64,000 nucleotides of DNA, from the NCBI GenBank assembly GCA_001643675.2, contig LSRY02000050.1, positions 248,001 through 312,000 of the forward strand, read 5' to 3'. A model generated the notes under the pieces. That model had not been told where the DNA came from and searched no databases. It saw only the letters and a list, made by a program, of their open reading frames with translations. Below, one piece after another: positions 26,961 to 41,366 of the stretch (positions are counted from its first letter, which is position 1; each line of letters starts with the position of its first letter). The stretch is from Monocercomonoides exilis PA203 (Eukaryota; Protista; Preaxostyla). The translations under genes were made by a program, and so were the position numbers.

Positions 26961-27559
26961 ATGTTCACACAATCATTCTTTTCCTCTTTTTCAATCTATT
27001 CTCATCATCAAAATAGCTTTCCCAATTATCTTCTTTCTTTTATTTTCTTTCTCTTCAATTTCAACTTTTCCTTTCTTCCCCTCTCTTTCACCTTTTCTCT
27101 TTCAAACTCTTTTTTAATCACTTTTTCGCTCTTTCATCTTTCTATTCATCATTCACTCACTAACACACACTCTCTCTTTCTCTTTCTTTTCTTCTTTTCT
27201 TCTTTTCTTTCGTTTTATTCATTTGAGTTTTTTATCCCTTCTTCATTTTTCGTATTCTTTTCACAAAGCAGTGCGGAAGATGACGCAAAAGAAGAAGAAA
27301 CTTGGATTGTTGGTGAATTAGACAGACAAAATTAATTCTTTCTGTATGTGATAAGGGAGCCTCTAGAACAGGAGCGATTGGATGAATAAAATGAAAAAGA
27401 AAGAGAAGAAGATGATGAAGAATCGAGATAATGAGGATGAAATAGTAGAAGGAGGAGGAAGAGGAGGAGAAAGTTCAGATTGAGATTTTGAGCCAAAAGC
27501 TGCAGGACGAAGAGAAAATGGAGACTTTTTGAGAGTAGAAGAAGAAAGAGGAGAAGAAA

Positions 27560-27850
27560 GAGGAGGAGGAGGAGGAGGAAGAAGAAGAAGAAGAAGATGA
27601 TGATGATGATGATGATGAAGAAGAAGAAGAAGAAGAAGAAGAAGAAGAAGAAGAAGAAGAAGAAGAAGAAGAAGAAGAAGAAGAAGAAGAAGAAGAAGAA
27701 GAAGAAGAAGAAGAAGAAGAAGAAGAAGAAGAAGAAGAAGAAGAAGAAGAAGAAGAAGAAGAAGAAGAAGAAGAAGAAGAAGAAGAAGAAGAAGAAGAAG
27801 AATAAGAAGAAGAAGAAGAAGAAGGAGGAGGAGGAGGAGGAGGAGGAGTT
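27560..27850 (+). repeat. Compound (GGA)(GAA)(GAT)(GAA)n microsatellite
   Basis: Directly visible; ~60 near-pure GAA units. Confidence 0.95.
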
Positions 27851-28199
27851 GGAAGAAGAAGTGAGAAAGAAAAAGAAGAAGAAGCTTTGTGATATGATGA
27901 CACGTGAATTGAATAAGTTGATTGAAGATCGAGAATTGTGAAGATAAATGAAAACAAACATTAACGTTGATGTTCGTAGAAATCATTTTTTCTGGCTTTT
28001 CATTTTTTTCTTCTTCCGTCTTCTGGCAAACAAAATCCTCAAACTCTTCATTCATCTCTTTCCATCCACTCAACCATCTTCAAACACACCCATAACCCCA
28101 TCGATGGTGCCATCCTCCCAAACCTCAACAGCCCATCCACATCTCTCTCTGCCTTCAATGCTTCTTTTCTCCACCGAACAATCTCTTCACCAAATGCTC

Positions 28200-29300
28200 C
28201 TATGGTTCATGTTGGATCCGAAACTCATAGAAAATATTCCTGGGAGATCGACTTCGTTTGATGTGAATAACCATCGTTTCGAGTGGTGCGAATGGAATGA
28301 TTCAAATGGTGGCAGTGATTGGAATGGTGCACTTTGCGTTTCCTGCGCAAATGCTAATCTCACAATCACTTCTTGTTCATTCAACAATTGTTCATGTAAT
28401 AGTCAGGGCGGAACGTTATATTGCAGATATTTGCGAAATGTCAACATTGCAAAATCCAATTTCACAAGTCGCTCTGCGTTTCAAGGAGGAGCGAATTGTG
28501 CAGCTTATCCACAGACATCCTCTATTTGGTCATTCTCCGAAACAGAGCGGAAAATTGAAAAATAATAAATTGGTGCAGAACCGGTTGGTATTTCTATATT
28601 GGTGATTTTTCTTCAAACGGTCAATTCCTGTTCACCAAATGCAAGTGTATCGCAAATTCTGGTGGTGATTCTGCTGGTTCTCTAACATTCAGTTGGCCTC
28701 CACAAAACAAACCATCTCAGTTTTTGGTTAATGATTGTCAGTTCATCAATAATAAATTGACAAGTTCATCGTATTATGGAGGCGCTGCCATTTTCTTCTA
28801 TTCAACTTATTCTTGGATGAATGGAGTAAAATTCATCACTTTCTGTTTCTTTGATGGTAACACTGCAACAAACGGCAGGGGGAATGATGTGTTCTTTTTC
28901 GGAAGTGATATCACACAATCACCATTTATTCAGTGTGGATCAACAACCCAAGCAAAAATATTATGGAATCAAGGAACAGCTGATAATGCTGGGTTCAATG
29001 GCTGGCGTCCAATCATCAGCCAGAACAAAACCGTTGCCAGCAGTGGAACTGATGTAGATGCCTGTGGCAAAACACAGCAAAGCTCCTGTGCTACGGTGGA
29101 GTATGTCCTCAACGGCTTCATTGCTCCCTTCAGCGATGCCTCCCTCCCTCTTTCTCTCTTTCTCTTTCTCTCTTTCTCTTTCTCTCTTTCTCTTTCTCTC
29201 TCTTCTCATCTCCTCTTTCACTCCCACTCAAACACTCTCACATTTCGTACCCCAAATACAAAAATCACTCGAAATGATGAACTATTTCTTATATCCTTTT
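28200..29300 (+). pseudogene. Beta-helix surface-protein family fragment, frameshifted
   Basis: LTITSCSFNNCSCNSQGG, NDCQFINN...GGAAIF, FCFFDGNTA..GRGNDV, GTDVDACG...CATVEY. Disrupted near 28500-28720. Confidence 0.75.
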
Positions 29301-30573
29301 GATTTCTTCAATTGTTTCTTCTTATTTTGAATAGTTTCTATTTCATTGCAAAATTCATAAGCTTTCATCTTCTTTTCAACTGAAGCATATACCATCACTT
29401 GCCTTTCATAGATCCCTAAATCAGCACAGGTTGTATTGCTTCTTCGTCATTTTCCATTTGATTTGGCTTCTTCTTCAAATGAAAATTAAGCTCATGAAAA
29501 AAGAATAGTCTATTTCTTTTCTTCAAATAGCATTTCTTCAATCATATCAGAGAGTTCTTCTAAACTTTCAATTTCTATTGCTGTTTTCACTTCACCTTTT
29601 TTGTCCGCTGCAGAAGCTCTCATTTCATAGAATTATCCTTCGCTTATTTGTTTTCTTATAAATTTCTATTCCTCTCTTCATTTCTCCTTTGATTGCTTGA
29701 TGAATGCGCATGTTGTGTTATGCAATCTCTCAAACATCATCCATATTATAATGTGTTCCAAATAACGTCTTTTGCCTTGTTCTTTCTGTTTTCTGTGAAT
29801 TCTTTCATCTTCCAAATGCAAAAAAGTCGGATTCGATCATCTTGGATTGTGCACCTGATGATGATTGGCCATCCTCCGCTAAAAGTTTCTTCCATTTCGT
29901 TGTCTCATAATTTCTGCTGATATTCAATGAAAGAACAAATATTTCTTTTGTCTTTCTGTGTAAGAATGAAAGACAAGGCCTGGAGCTGAATTTGACAGGA
30001 GCCGAATAAAACGATGTAAAAACATTTGTTGTTTCGAATCGAAGAAGGTGTTGAAGAAGAAGACGATTGTAATGAAATGAAATTAATTCGTTCAAATTGG
30101 CTTTTTTCCATCACGAGAATCGTGAATGAAAAGAAGGATAATTCTGTGCCTGATAAGCCCAGACGAAGAAAAGCGACAGAAGAAATTATTTGCTCAATTC
30201 TGCAAAGCAGCAGATTGAGATGTGTGAATGCATCAGTTCGATGATGCTTCGATCAAATGTTTAATGAAACGAATCATCAAATAAAAAAACGTTAAAGAAG
30301 TTGAAGCAAAAGAAGAAGACGATGAAGACGAGGAAGTGGTGAATAAAGAGAAAAAGAAGAAAGAGAAGAAGAAGAATACAAGGAGAAGGAGTGTTGTGTG
30401 CGGAATATGTCTGTCGGAGAAATAGAGCATTCATATTGCATTTCTCCGAATGAGAATGTTCTCATAAGCTTATTTTAGAATTCATGAGAAGATGTGATGT
30501 GTTGAAGGAGTTTTAATTGCAAGGGAAAGTGAAAAAAGAAGATGAAGAAGAGGAAGAAGAGGAAGAAGAAGAA

Positions 30574-30606
<33 letters not shown>

Positions 30607-31040
30607 AAAGAAGAAGAAGAAGAAGAAGAAGAAGAAGAAAGATAAGAAAGTGAAAAAAGAAGAAGAAGAGGAGGAGGAAGAAGAAGAAGAAGAAGAAGAG
30701 AAAAGGATAAAATGAAAAGACAGATTTTGTACATATGGCATTTCATTTCCAATGTTGCGAATGACAGTTGAGAAGAAGAGGAACAAATGAAATCATTTTC
30801 TTTTCAATTTGTTGTGCTGCCGATTGATAAGCATCAACACATTGGAAGGTCTGCTCTCTGATTCAATGTCAAATGAGAGGAATTATAAAAAGAGGAAGAA
30901 GAAGAAGTTGAGAAGAAGACGATGGTGAAGAAGAAGAAGAAGATGATGATGATGATGAAACTTGTGCTGAATGATTAGAATGCAACAGAATGCAACGCAA
31001 TAACAGCATTTGCACACAAAATTCATTCATCAGCAGATAT

Positions 31041-31081
<41 letters not shown>

Positions 31082-32412
31082 GAAGCTGAAAGAGAAATGG
31101 AATGAAATGAGTTGGATGGAGCTCTTCTGGAAGAAGTTGAACGACAAATGTGGACAAGACTCATTTGAAGAAAATGCAGACAAAATGAACAGATACGAAT
31201 TTCATAACAGCCAACAGCAGTAACAGACAGCAGTTTTATTGAGTGTTGCAACATGAGAATATGATGGCTATTCAAACAAAAAATTCTCAAATAAGATGAA
31301 GCTGCTCTTCACCACAACCAAGCATTAAATATCATCAATGAAGAGATCGAAGGAGAAGGAAAAGGAGAAGAAAACTCATTGCTTGCAAAAATGCTGCTTG
31401 AAATGGATTGTTCCTGAAAATGACGCTCAACATGAAAAAAAAGCTGTTCATTGGAATGGAAATAAAAAGACAAATAATAAAAATAATTAGTCTTGCATTT
31501 GTTTTAAAAATTTCTCAAAAGAACACACCTTTCCTTTCTATCGTAAATGCAGAGGATTGTCCAATCACTGATGCTGTCAATCTCCTTTTCCATTGTTTCT
31601 CAGTGCTTCTTTCTCGGTCTTCCTTTATTCCCACACAAACATTCTGCTTTTGATGTAATCATCCACTTTTTTTCTGAAAAAAAATTTTTTTGCATTTATT
31701 CTTTCCAAGTGCTGTAAAATTGTTGACGTTCCTTTTCGCTCTCAACTAAATGCTTTTCAATCGAATTTGTTTTTCATCCCCTGCTCCAATTGAATTCAAA
31801 AAAATATGCAATTCCCATCTGCTGATTGTATCTCGATATCCAGCACTCTTCTGATATTCTCCTCAGAAAAACAAAGGAATTGGCCATTTTTTTATTTTAT
31901 CAGATTCTTGCACTCTGAAAAGATGATTTATAAAAGCATCTTCAAAACAAACAATAACAATAAAAAACGCATACATGCAAATATTTCGATTTTTAAAAAA
32001 ATGTTGAATTTCCTTCAAAGATTCTTTTCATAAAAATCATCTTCCCCAATTCCATCATCAATTCCCCTCTTTCGCTGTCTCGTGCAACCTCTCAAAATAA
32101 TATCGCCCATTCCGCAGAAAATATTTGTTCACCGTCTCTCAATTTTTAGCAAGGAATATTTTTGTTCTTTCAAATCTGATGATCTGAACATCCATTACTG
32201 CAAACAAGAAAATAGATTTATCGTTTTTTCTTTCTTTGTTTGTTTGAAACGACTTGCCAAATAACACTAACAACGCAGAATGGTATAGCAACTTATGCTT
32301 TCATGATTATTTCGAGCTTTTGTTTTGCACCAATTTCTTCTTTCCAATGATATCTGAATTCAAATCAAATGGCGAATTTTCGTTGTTTTCTGTCTGCAAT
32401 GTGCTTTCAAAA

Positions 32413-33752
32413 ATGCAGTCAACGAGTGGAACTGAAAGGTTTAATGGTTTGTACTTGTTATTGAATTTGAATTCATGATTATTGCGATTTAATTTATCCT
32501 TTATTTATTTGAAGAATTGTTTTGTGAACTTGAACATTGCAATGAAGAAGAACAGAGACAGAAAATCGAAGAAATGAATGAAATACTTGATGAAATGAAT
32601 GGGCATGAATTTAAATTCATTTATAAGGCAGAGCTGTTTGAAAAAATAAACAAAATGATTGAAGAAAAGAAACTGCAATGGGGAAATGCCACTTGGATAC
32701 TGAAGCACATTGGATATTGTGTTGTGCTAAAAAATGTTTGGAATAGATGCTTTGAATATTCAACATTAAACGAAAGATTTGAAAAGATGATTGTTGAGGA
32801 AGATAAGAAAAAAGAAAAAAAGAATGAAAATTTTCTGGTCGATCTTTGTGAATGCCATCTTTTACTTAAAAATAGATCATCTTATGAATTACTTTCAATT
32901 TGTATTCATTGCCTGCTGAAGGCTGCATCGGTCAAAGAGGAAAGCGAGGAGAATCAGAAAGAGGTGGAAATTGCCTTGCTGACTTTGAGTCACATTGACA
33001 GATATTACGTATGGACATTGTTATTTCCTTTTTGATATTATTGCTATTTTCTGATTTCTAATTAGTTTATAAGGCAAGAACTGTATTTGAAAGAAATTAC
33101 AGAAATTATCAAAAATCATCAGGAGCATCGCAATCTCACACAGCTTGCCTATCAGTCTGCTTGGGAATTTTTAATAAACAGATTTAACACCAATAAATTT
33201 TTGGAAGATACAGTTTCAAATGAGCTGCATTTTGGAAGAGAAGCAGCAAGAGAATTGGAAGAGCTTACAAGAAATGTGAATTGGAAGAAGAAAGAAGAGG
33301 AAATGAGCAAAGAAGAAGCGAAAGAAGTGCTGATAATCAAAAGATGGATTGAAACAATCGTGATTTATTTTTTCAGATGCGAATTGTGGAATGAAGAACT
33401 TGTTGAGCTTATCAGAAGCATTTCTTATGTATATCTAGCAGCGAAGGATGATTACAGCATTATTAGCTATCGGTGCATTTATTTCTTGAGAAATGCAGCA
33501 AAATTGAGATTTGTGAGAGTTGAAGATTTATTGAAAGGAGGAGCTGTGGAAGCTGTTTTGGAGGAGATGCAGCGGCCAACGTTGAAAAAAGTCATGACAA
33601 ATGAATGCTGCCAATTCTTTATGAATGTTTCAAATAGATTGAACGAAAAAACGGTTAACAAAATGGAAGAAGTGAACAGAAAGGCAACGAAAAGGAAGGT
33701 TTATGAAAAGCTGGAAGAAGAAGGATACGAAGATATCATTGTAAGCTTTTGA
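32413..33752 (+). CDS. Family A copy A5. Exons ~32413-32446, 32515-33008, 33066-33752; C-terminus shortened by a small deletion
   Basis: Family motifs present. AGCTTT-TGA here versus (A/C)CTTTCAT(G/A) in paralogs gives an early stop; the ancestral stop is at ~33828. The start could be ATG 32347. Confidence 0.75.
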
Positions 33753-35081
33753 AACTTTCAAGTTTTTAAAAAGAAATTAAAATCATTTCTTTTTGAAAAA
33801 AGTTTCTGATTATTTTGTAAATATTTGAGAAAATGAAACTCACTTTGTTAACAAATATTTTTATTTATTTTTTATTTGAATGATTAATGACCCAACAAAA
33901 CTTGAACCGTTTTTTGCTAAAAAAACAAAAATATTTTTTTCTGTATTATCTGCTTCTGACCGTTCAGTTAATCTTTGAAGAAATGAGATTCTTCACATTT
34001 TGATATTCACTGTGCTTGTTTTTTCTTTTTTGAATATTCCATTAATCCGCAAACAACCGTTTGCAGCCTTTTTCAATTGAAAATTTTTGTTGAATTGCGT
34101 GATTAATTATCATCTTAGATGAGAATGTTTGAGAAAAAGAGAGTCATATTTATTTTTTAACTCAAAAATTGATGCTTTTGTATTTGTATTTGTAACTCCA
34201 AAATTATTCATATTTCTTTTTATTCATTTCACAGAATGTTACCAAACTCAGACATTTGAAGTTTATGTACAAAAATACTTGTTTTGTTTGTCCTCTCATT
34301 CAAAATGAAATGGAGCAACAACAAAAGAAAAAAAGAAGGGGAAAAAATACTCAACTGCTCCTATTTTGGGAAGATTGTTAGAATGAAAGTGTATAGAGAA
34401 TGGAAGAAGAAATGCTCAAATGAAGAAGGAAGAATCGCAATTGACAATTGAGGGAACGAAGAGAATCATCATTAGACACTCTTTTCTGGTAAAAAACAAG
34501 TGAAAAAATTGGAAGAACTTTTGATGCTGATTGGAAAAATGGACAAACAGGTGAATAAAAGAGAGAAAGAATTCGATTTTGATTGCTTCTTCAGCAAGAT
34601 TTTTGTGAATGACATTGTCGCATTTCTTCTCCTCCATCAATTTGATTGCTGCGTAATTCTGCAATTTCAACATTTTCGACTGGTTTCTTCAGCAAACATT
34701 TTTTTGATCATCTTTAATTTTTTTCAAGAATTTCCATTTCATTCTTCTCCTTTCCCTTCTCTTGTTTATAGAAAATATTATCAGAAAGAGAATAAGCTTA
34801 GGAGAGCAGAAGCTTCAAGAGGAAATCACTGAACAATTGAACACATTGGAATAAAAATGAATCTTCTTTAAAAAGATGGAGGGAAATGATCAATTCAACG
34901 AAGATTCTTAATGGAACTTATTGAAAAGAAAAGAAATTCTATTTTTCTTTTTTTTTAAAAGGGAAGTAAAAACCATATTTTAATTCATTCAATTCTTGTT
35001 TTCCTCCCATTTAGTGATATGAATAAAAAAGAAAAGAAAATGTTATTTTTTGAGTTTCAATTTTTATTGAAAAGAATTTGA

Positions 35082-35288
35082 TTAAATATTCACAAAATAA
35101 TCGGATACATCGAACGGTATTCTAGGATGATACATTCTGTTAAGAAAATGAAACACTTCGAGAAAGTAAGCAATGATATCTTCGTATCCTTCTTCCTCCG
35201 TCCTTTCGAATATCTTTCTTTTCATTGATATTCTTTTTTTGTCCTTCGATTTCATTAACCATCTTCCCTTTCAATCTTTCTGAAATAT
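35082..35288 (-). pseudogene. Family A 3' remnant
   Basis: Encodes IFERTEEEGYEDIIAYF...SDYFVNI*. Homology stops abruptly at 35288. Confidence 0.75.
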
Positions 35289-35691
35289 GGTTATTCTTTT
35301 TTCTCTGATCACTTTTTCATCCCGACCCTTTTTTTGAGGAGCTTGCCACAGGGTGAGTCACAACTTTTTGAAACATTTAGAAACTCGTTTTTTTTCGGAT
35401 TTTTTGTGATAGAATGATTTCATATCAAATAATAAAACATACAACGGGTGAATTTTTCATTCTTACAACACTTTTTTTCTTTGAAAAAATCAAAATTTCG
35501 TGTATATAATGGTTATGATCAAATTGATTTAGGAAATTTTTGATTGAAAATTTAACGATATTGTGGAAATGTCATAGATACGTTTGAATTGAATAATTTA
35601 TTAAATCCTAACAATTCAAAACTTGTTGATTTAACAAATTTTTTGTTTATATATGGTAGATTATTTTTGAAATCATATTTTTTTATTCAAA

Positions 35692-36712
35692 TAATTCGGT
35701 TGCATAGGGCTATAATTTTATCTTGACCTTTTTCTTTTTTTTACAATGCTTTTAGCTATACACAAGCTTGTGATAAATAAAAAATAACCAGAAATGTTTG
35801 AAAAGTTTTAATTTCCTTATTCTGTATTTTTTTTTCAATATTTCATTTTTTTCAAAAAGATCGAGGATTATAATAATTTTGTGTTTTGATCATTGACTTG
35901 CTGCTTTTCCAGCGAATATTTTTTATCAGAAGTTTTAAGCTTTCATATCATAATACATCCTTTCTTTTTTTTAAATATTTCAGTTGTCAAAAACTTTCTC
36001 AACTTGTTTTTTTCTCGTTTTTTCTCATTTCACACATTTTTTTTTTAAATAACACGATTTTAAGGACACATATGAATTTGTTTTTAAATTTCTTGAACTG
36101 ATAAATAAACATTATTATAATAAAAAGATTCTTGTTTATTTAAATGATAAATTATTTGTATATGTTTCGTAATTTGAATAACAAAAAAATCATATGCACT
36201 TGCTTTTTTGTTAATATTCTTGAAAAGTTCCTTTTCATTTTAGAACTTAATGCAAATAAACGATAATAAAGACTTTGCATATTTTTTTGGTTTTTTTAAA
36301 ATTTGACACAAACACTTGTTTATATAAAAAATCGTGTTTTAAGCAAAAACAGTGAAATGAGAAAAAAAAGTCAAAAATAAAATTGAAAATGTTATAAACA
36401 AGTAAAAATAATAATATAGGAATGTGGAATGATGATGCTGTGGCTTAAAACGTTCAGAATGAAATATTCGTTTCACAGCCAGCAAGTCTTTGATCTGGGT
36501 CCTAAAATAATAAAAAATTTTCATTGTCTTTTTGAACACAATAATTTCAAAAATTTTTTCAACTGAATTCAGAAAAAGAAAAATATCAAAAAGTCTATTT
36601 ATTTTGTTTTTGTTTTAAGCCTTTTAACAAATCAAAAAAGCAAAAATAAGTTTCAAAAAATAGGGTTGAGATAAAATTTTGAGGTCAAGATAAAATATGC
36701 ACCCGAATAAAT
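35692..36712. repeat. ~1-kb degenerate palindrome (foldback-like), centre ~36197
   Basis: Symmetric pairs: ATTCGGTTGCATA/TATGCACCCGAAT; TTTTATCTTGACCT/AGGTCAAGATAAAA; GACTTGCTG...CGAATATTT/AAATATTCG...CAGCAAGTC; TTCTCATTTCAC/GTGAAATGAGAA; AACACGATTTT/AAAATCGTGTT; TAACAAAAAAA/TTTTTTTGTTA. Confidence 0.8.
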
Positions 36713-37240
36713 TAAAAACTCGATTGGCATGTCGGTCGACTTGTCGTGTCTATTCAAAAATGTCGGTATGTCGCAAAGGGTTATAAAAAAGATAAAAAAT
36801 ATTTAATTAACTTGAATAATAGTATTTTTTATTAGAAATTTACAAACATGAAAAATACATCAAAACTACGCTCGTAACAATCGAAAGATATTCGAAAAGA
36901 TGAAAACATTGGGCAATAATAAATGTTAACATTTTTAAAATGCAGAATGATGCATTATTTTTCCAAATTAATCTTTATTTGCTGCAAACTCAAAAATTCA
37001 ATCTCTTCTCATATAAAGATTCATATAGTTTGCAACAAACAACTTGTTTTCTTCTCATTTTCATTTCGTCTCCATACGTCGTTGAGACATATCCCGCTTC
37101 ATTCTTTTCATATTACACGAAAAAAGCATTTTTTCTTTGCCGGTTGACTATTCTGATAAGAATATGGATGTTGTGTTTGAACAGCCTGTGGTTCCTCTGG
37201 CTGATGTGTTTGGAGATGTCTCATTAAATTTCTTGTAGCC

Positions 37241-38030
37241 GTGGCAGCGCATCAGTCGTCTCTTCTCTCAGAGTTTTCATCTTCTTCGTCTTCTTCAACA
37301 GGAGCAGCATGCCGGTCGACTTCGGCATTCCGGAGGCGGAGAAGCAAAGAGAAGAAGGCTGTGGGGGATGATCAGCCATCTTCATCTTCATCATTAGCTC
37401 CTGCGATTGACCTTTCGGATGCTTCTGCGGTGGCTGCTTCATACACATCTGTAGCAGCGATGGACGACACAGAAAGGCGGCTTAGGATTGTGTTGCCTGA
37501 GGAGGCAAAGATAAATAAAAATCACAGATAGTCGTCACTGAGGGAGCAATAGACGCTGCGGGGATATGTTGTAGCGCTTCTGGCGGTGCTGTATGGGGGT
37601 GTTGCGTGCGCGCACGATGTGGATCTTTCGGCGATGCTTTTGGTTCCGCTGGTTGGTCCGCATCTGTCGCTTGCAGCGTCGGTGGACACGAAGTCGTAGA
37701 GCAAGAGGATCTTTGCGGAGGCGGATGTGAATGCATTAACGTCGATCTACGATCTGTTTAACCATTCAATGCAGATATGGAGATCACAACAGTCGAGGCG
37801 TGTGGTGGTGAAACAGGATCACGAAGTGATGGGGTGAGGTGTTGCAGTATGTGAAGTGGAGGAGATTGTGGAGAAGGCGCTGGAGGAAGATGGGCTGAGG
37901 ATGGAAGACGTGCGTTCTGTCACCAGCAGCGATTTCGCTGGCAGAGCTGGAGGAGCGCGAAGAGGCAGAGGAAGGAGAAAGGGAAGGGGCAGAGGGAGGT
38001 GATGGGACTGAGGAGAAAGGAGGGTATCGG
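37241..38030 (+). pseudogene. Decayed GC-rich gene, homolog of 4330-6000
   Basis: One long frame broken by TAG, TAG, TAG and TGA; local protein similarity to the 4.6-kb copy. Confidence 0.55.
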
Positions 38031-38499
38031 ACAGCTCACAGAGATTTTGTGGAGAGAATCAAAGAGAACAAGGGGAAGCTGGAAGAAGCTATTGCGCCGC
38101 TGGTTGTGGAGGCGCTTGGGCTGAGTGGGCTTAGGTTTGTGAAGGCGGAGACACATGAAAAAAACAGGCAAGCAGCATTCAATGAAACCTGAAGTGTGCA
38201 GTTTTTCTCCATCCGATGGTATCCAACAGGAGATATCAAGAACAAAAGAATAAGCAGCAGATGGGTCTTTGGGTATAGCTTCAGATGGAAGTTCAGATGG
38301 AGTGAGAAAAGATGTGGAACAGGTGGAAATGTCTGCGAATGGTTTGGGGATGAATGAGGAGTCAGGGAGAGAGGGCAGATCATTGATTTGGAGAAGGAAA
38401 AAGAGGAAGAAGAGGAAGAAGAATATGATGATAAAGTTGAGTGCAATAATGAAGACGACAGGAGAGGCTGAAGAAGCGCATCCTAAAAAATCAGGAGAA

Positions 38500-40720
38500 T
38501 GCTAATCAACGAACGATCATTCAGAACACACACACTTGTTCCTTTTCAGCTTCAGGACAGCTTCACTGACAGGTCAGTTTCAACAGGTCAGTCCGTAACT
38601 TCCATCCTCTCGCAAGTGTGCTCATTTTTCCAGCATCTCCGCAGTCTGTTGTGCCTGTGCATCCCTTCGCCCTGTATATTTTCTTCATTCATGTTCAAAG
38701 GCAAAGCAAAACGGTTTCCGCGAAGCCTTTTTCTTACTACGCTGCACATCTTTTCATGCGCTCCGTTGCAGTCTTAAATACACTATTCCATGATGCAAGC
38801 TGTATCTGGATGCTTAACACTCTGGGCGATCAATGCTCAGGTGTTTGACTGCCAAGGAAAATTTTGGACTCTTCTTTTCTTCTGCTCTCGGATGCTTCTA
38901 TTGTTTTGCTGAAGCAGTTGCTTGTGAGGACACAAAGAAACCAAATGGATCTGCTGGTCTCTCCATTTTCCTAGTCCGGAAAGCTGACCTTATCTCAAAA
39001 GTTGTGAAGAGGTTCAATCCATAGCAGGCTCCCAGGCTGGAGAATTAGTTTCACTTCAATGTGATAACCGCACATGTTGTCTTTCTTCACAGAAAGACTT
39101 TTCGACTCTCCGATTGAGACAAACAGCACAGCGATTGATCTCTTCAGCTTCTTCATTTGGCTGCCAATTACCTCCTTCTCAATCAGATGCTCAGTCGTCA
39201 CCAGAAATTGCCCCACATCTGCTGAAACAGAAATCGCTTCTTCGCTCTTAAGCTCCTGTTTCATTGTGCAACTCAATGCAAATATCAACAATATTTCCTG
39301 TTTCTCTTGAGATGCCCGAAGAAGTAGATCTGACAAATACGAAAGAAGATAGCGCTTTCGAAGCGGGCACATCCCAACATTCATTTCTGAATAGTGTCCG
39401 CCTGGATATGGATCAGAAAGAGTGTGCATCGAAGAGATGTTGAAAAGTGGAACAAGCAGACACATAATTGGCGAGAAAGGAATGAACGAAGGAACACGAA
39501 ATACAGGCGCATTTGGTGCTCTTTCGGCGAATGTGAGTTTGTCTGACTCAGAGCAGACGGTGCCCGTCAGAAGAGACAGAAGCGGAGTGAACAGCTAGTG
39601 GATTGTGTTGAACAGCTGTGGAAGAGCGTCTTCTGGTTCACTTGGCACCAGAATGTCGTCTGGTTAGCTTATGGTGCGCTTTCTTTTGTTGTTTGACAAC
39701 TTCGATGAGACAATTTCTCTGCTCTCTCCGCGGGACGATCAGTAGCTCTTATGCGACTCTTCTAGCGACATCCGCTTCCACTACCACGAAATAGCATGAG
39801 GAAACCTTCGTAAGGCGCTTATATGCAGCAGTGTCAGAAGAATCTGCAATTGTTCGTTCTTCAGCACAGTCAGTGCGAAGATGAAGCGCGAGATCGACTT
39901 CTGCCGGAGGGCATTCATAATCTGACTCAGCGATGTCTCAGAGGCAGAAGGAGACATCGTCCTCAGAGTGTCCATGATGGATGTTATCCCACTGCTGATT
40001 GAATTGCTATATGCGCTTGAAGGAGCTGTCAATGTTGATGCCTCAGACTGGTTAGTTGGATTCAGTGACTGCGCAATCCATTGCTTTGACTCAAGTGAGT
40101 CACCAGACTGAACTTGGAGAGTGCACATGCATACGACAATGCACTCTCATCGTTTGCTGTCCAATTCGCCTTCGCAATTTCATCTGTTTTTCTGCTTCTT
40201 CATCAGCGTCTCCACTGCCAGACTCTCCTATGTTTGTAATTTTTGGTCCCCCTTTCTTGGGTTTGCTGTTCTTTTCGTCTTCTGCTAACTTCTTTTTGAA
40301 GAAAGTGCGGTTTTCTTCCTTATTGGTCATTCTGTTGAACATCTCTAACATTATCAAGAATTTTTTGACTGAAACTTTGACACCATTCTTTTTCATTTCG
40401 TTTCTTTTTCTTGTATGGAACGTTTTTTTTAAGAAGATATTCTTCAAAAAGTGTTTCGTTGATTCATTGGATGTAACATTATTCATGAAAGGAAAAATCA
40501 ATGAAGTTGCATGTTCAAATGAAAAACCAATATGATTATTTGATCCTGAAGTTAAGTGAGATGTTGAATCGCCAGCATTTGGTGAGAATCCTTATTCCCA
40601 TTTATCGTCAAATGTTTATTCTCCTTTCTTTGAAATTGCTCCCTCGTCCTTCAAATGAGTAAGAATTCATATCTCTATATTCTTTTTTCATTTTGTATCT
40701 CGGAAAAGCTGCTCGATTGC
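38500..40720 (-). pseudogene. Decayed coding-like region of unknown family
   Basis: Higher GC than flanks. Co-oriented ORF fragments (40100-40501, 39781-40128, 38995-39465) are separated by stops and frameshifts. Confidence 0.4.
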
Positions 40721-41335
40721 AAATTATGCATCCATACAGAAAGTTAAAATTGAAAAATAAAGAATAAATAACACAACTCTAAATATAACAACAAACCATT
40801 CATCTTTGTATATTCATTGCTCATTTGAACATTTTTTAGCTGTAATAAAAGAATGAAATGCAATTTTTCGTTCTGGGCACAGCAAATTTCAGTACAAATT
40901 TAAATTAGAAACATCAACAGAAAACTTTAATTTCTGTAAAAATTGAATTACAACATACCTTGAGCATTTTTGAATTCAGTGATTCCAACATGAACGAAGA
41001 AAAGAAAAAGAATATTCATTGTTTATCAGCTATTTGAATTTTGATCATGAAAACAGAATATATAATTTAATGTTTTCAAATGTTTTTTCTCATTTTAAAT
41101 TTGCAATATACCAACAAACATTATTGTGAAAGTTTGTTTTTTTCATTAGAATTATTGAAACTGTTTGATAAATAATTAACTTCCATGGGACAGATTTTTG
41201 ATCTGGTGTCACTTTTCAAGAAAATTTAGGCATATCAAAAAAAATTTACATCAAAATTCCCCAGTTATTTTTTTTTAAAAAATGCCGTATAAAAACAAAA
41301 CAAAACAAAACAAAACAAAACAAACAAACAAACAA

Positions 41336-41366
<31 letters not shown>

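Noticed and set aside
35325-36783. piggyBac-like CCCT...AGGG ends
   Set aside because: Only about 7 bp match and no TTAA duplication.
39040-39130. SLSVKKDNMCGYHIEV resembling the MutS clamp motif
   Set aside because: Short match only; no Walker A or other MutS motif was found in the downstream frames I read.
37241-39800. Alternative code with TAA/TAG = Gln, as in Streblomastix
   Set aside because: The 8.5-kb and 5.8-kb ORFs and RRP41 contain no in-frame TAA/TAG, and intact genes end in TAA. The stops are better explained as pseudogene decay.
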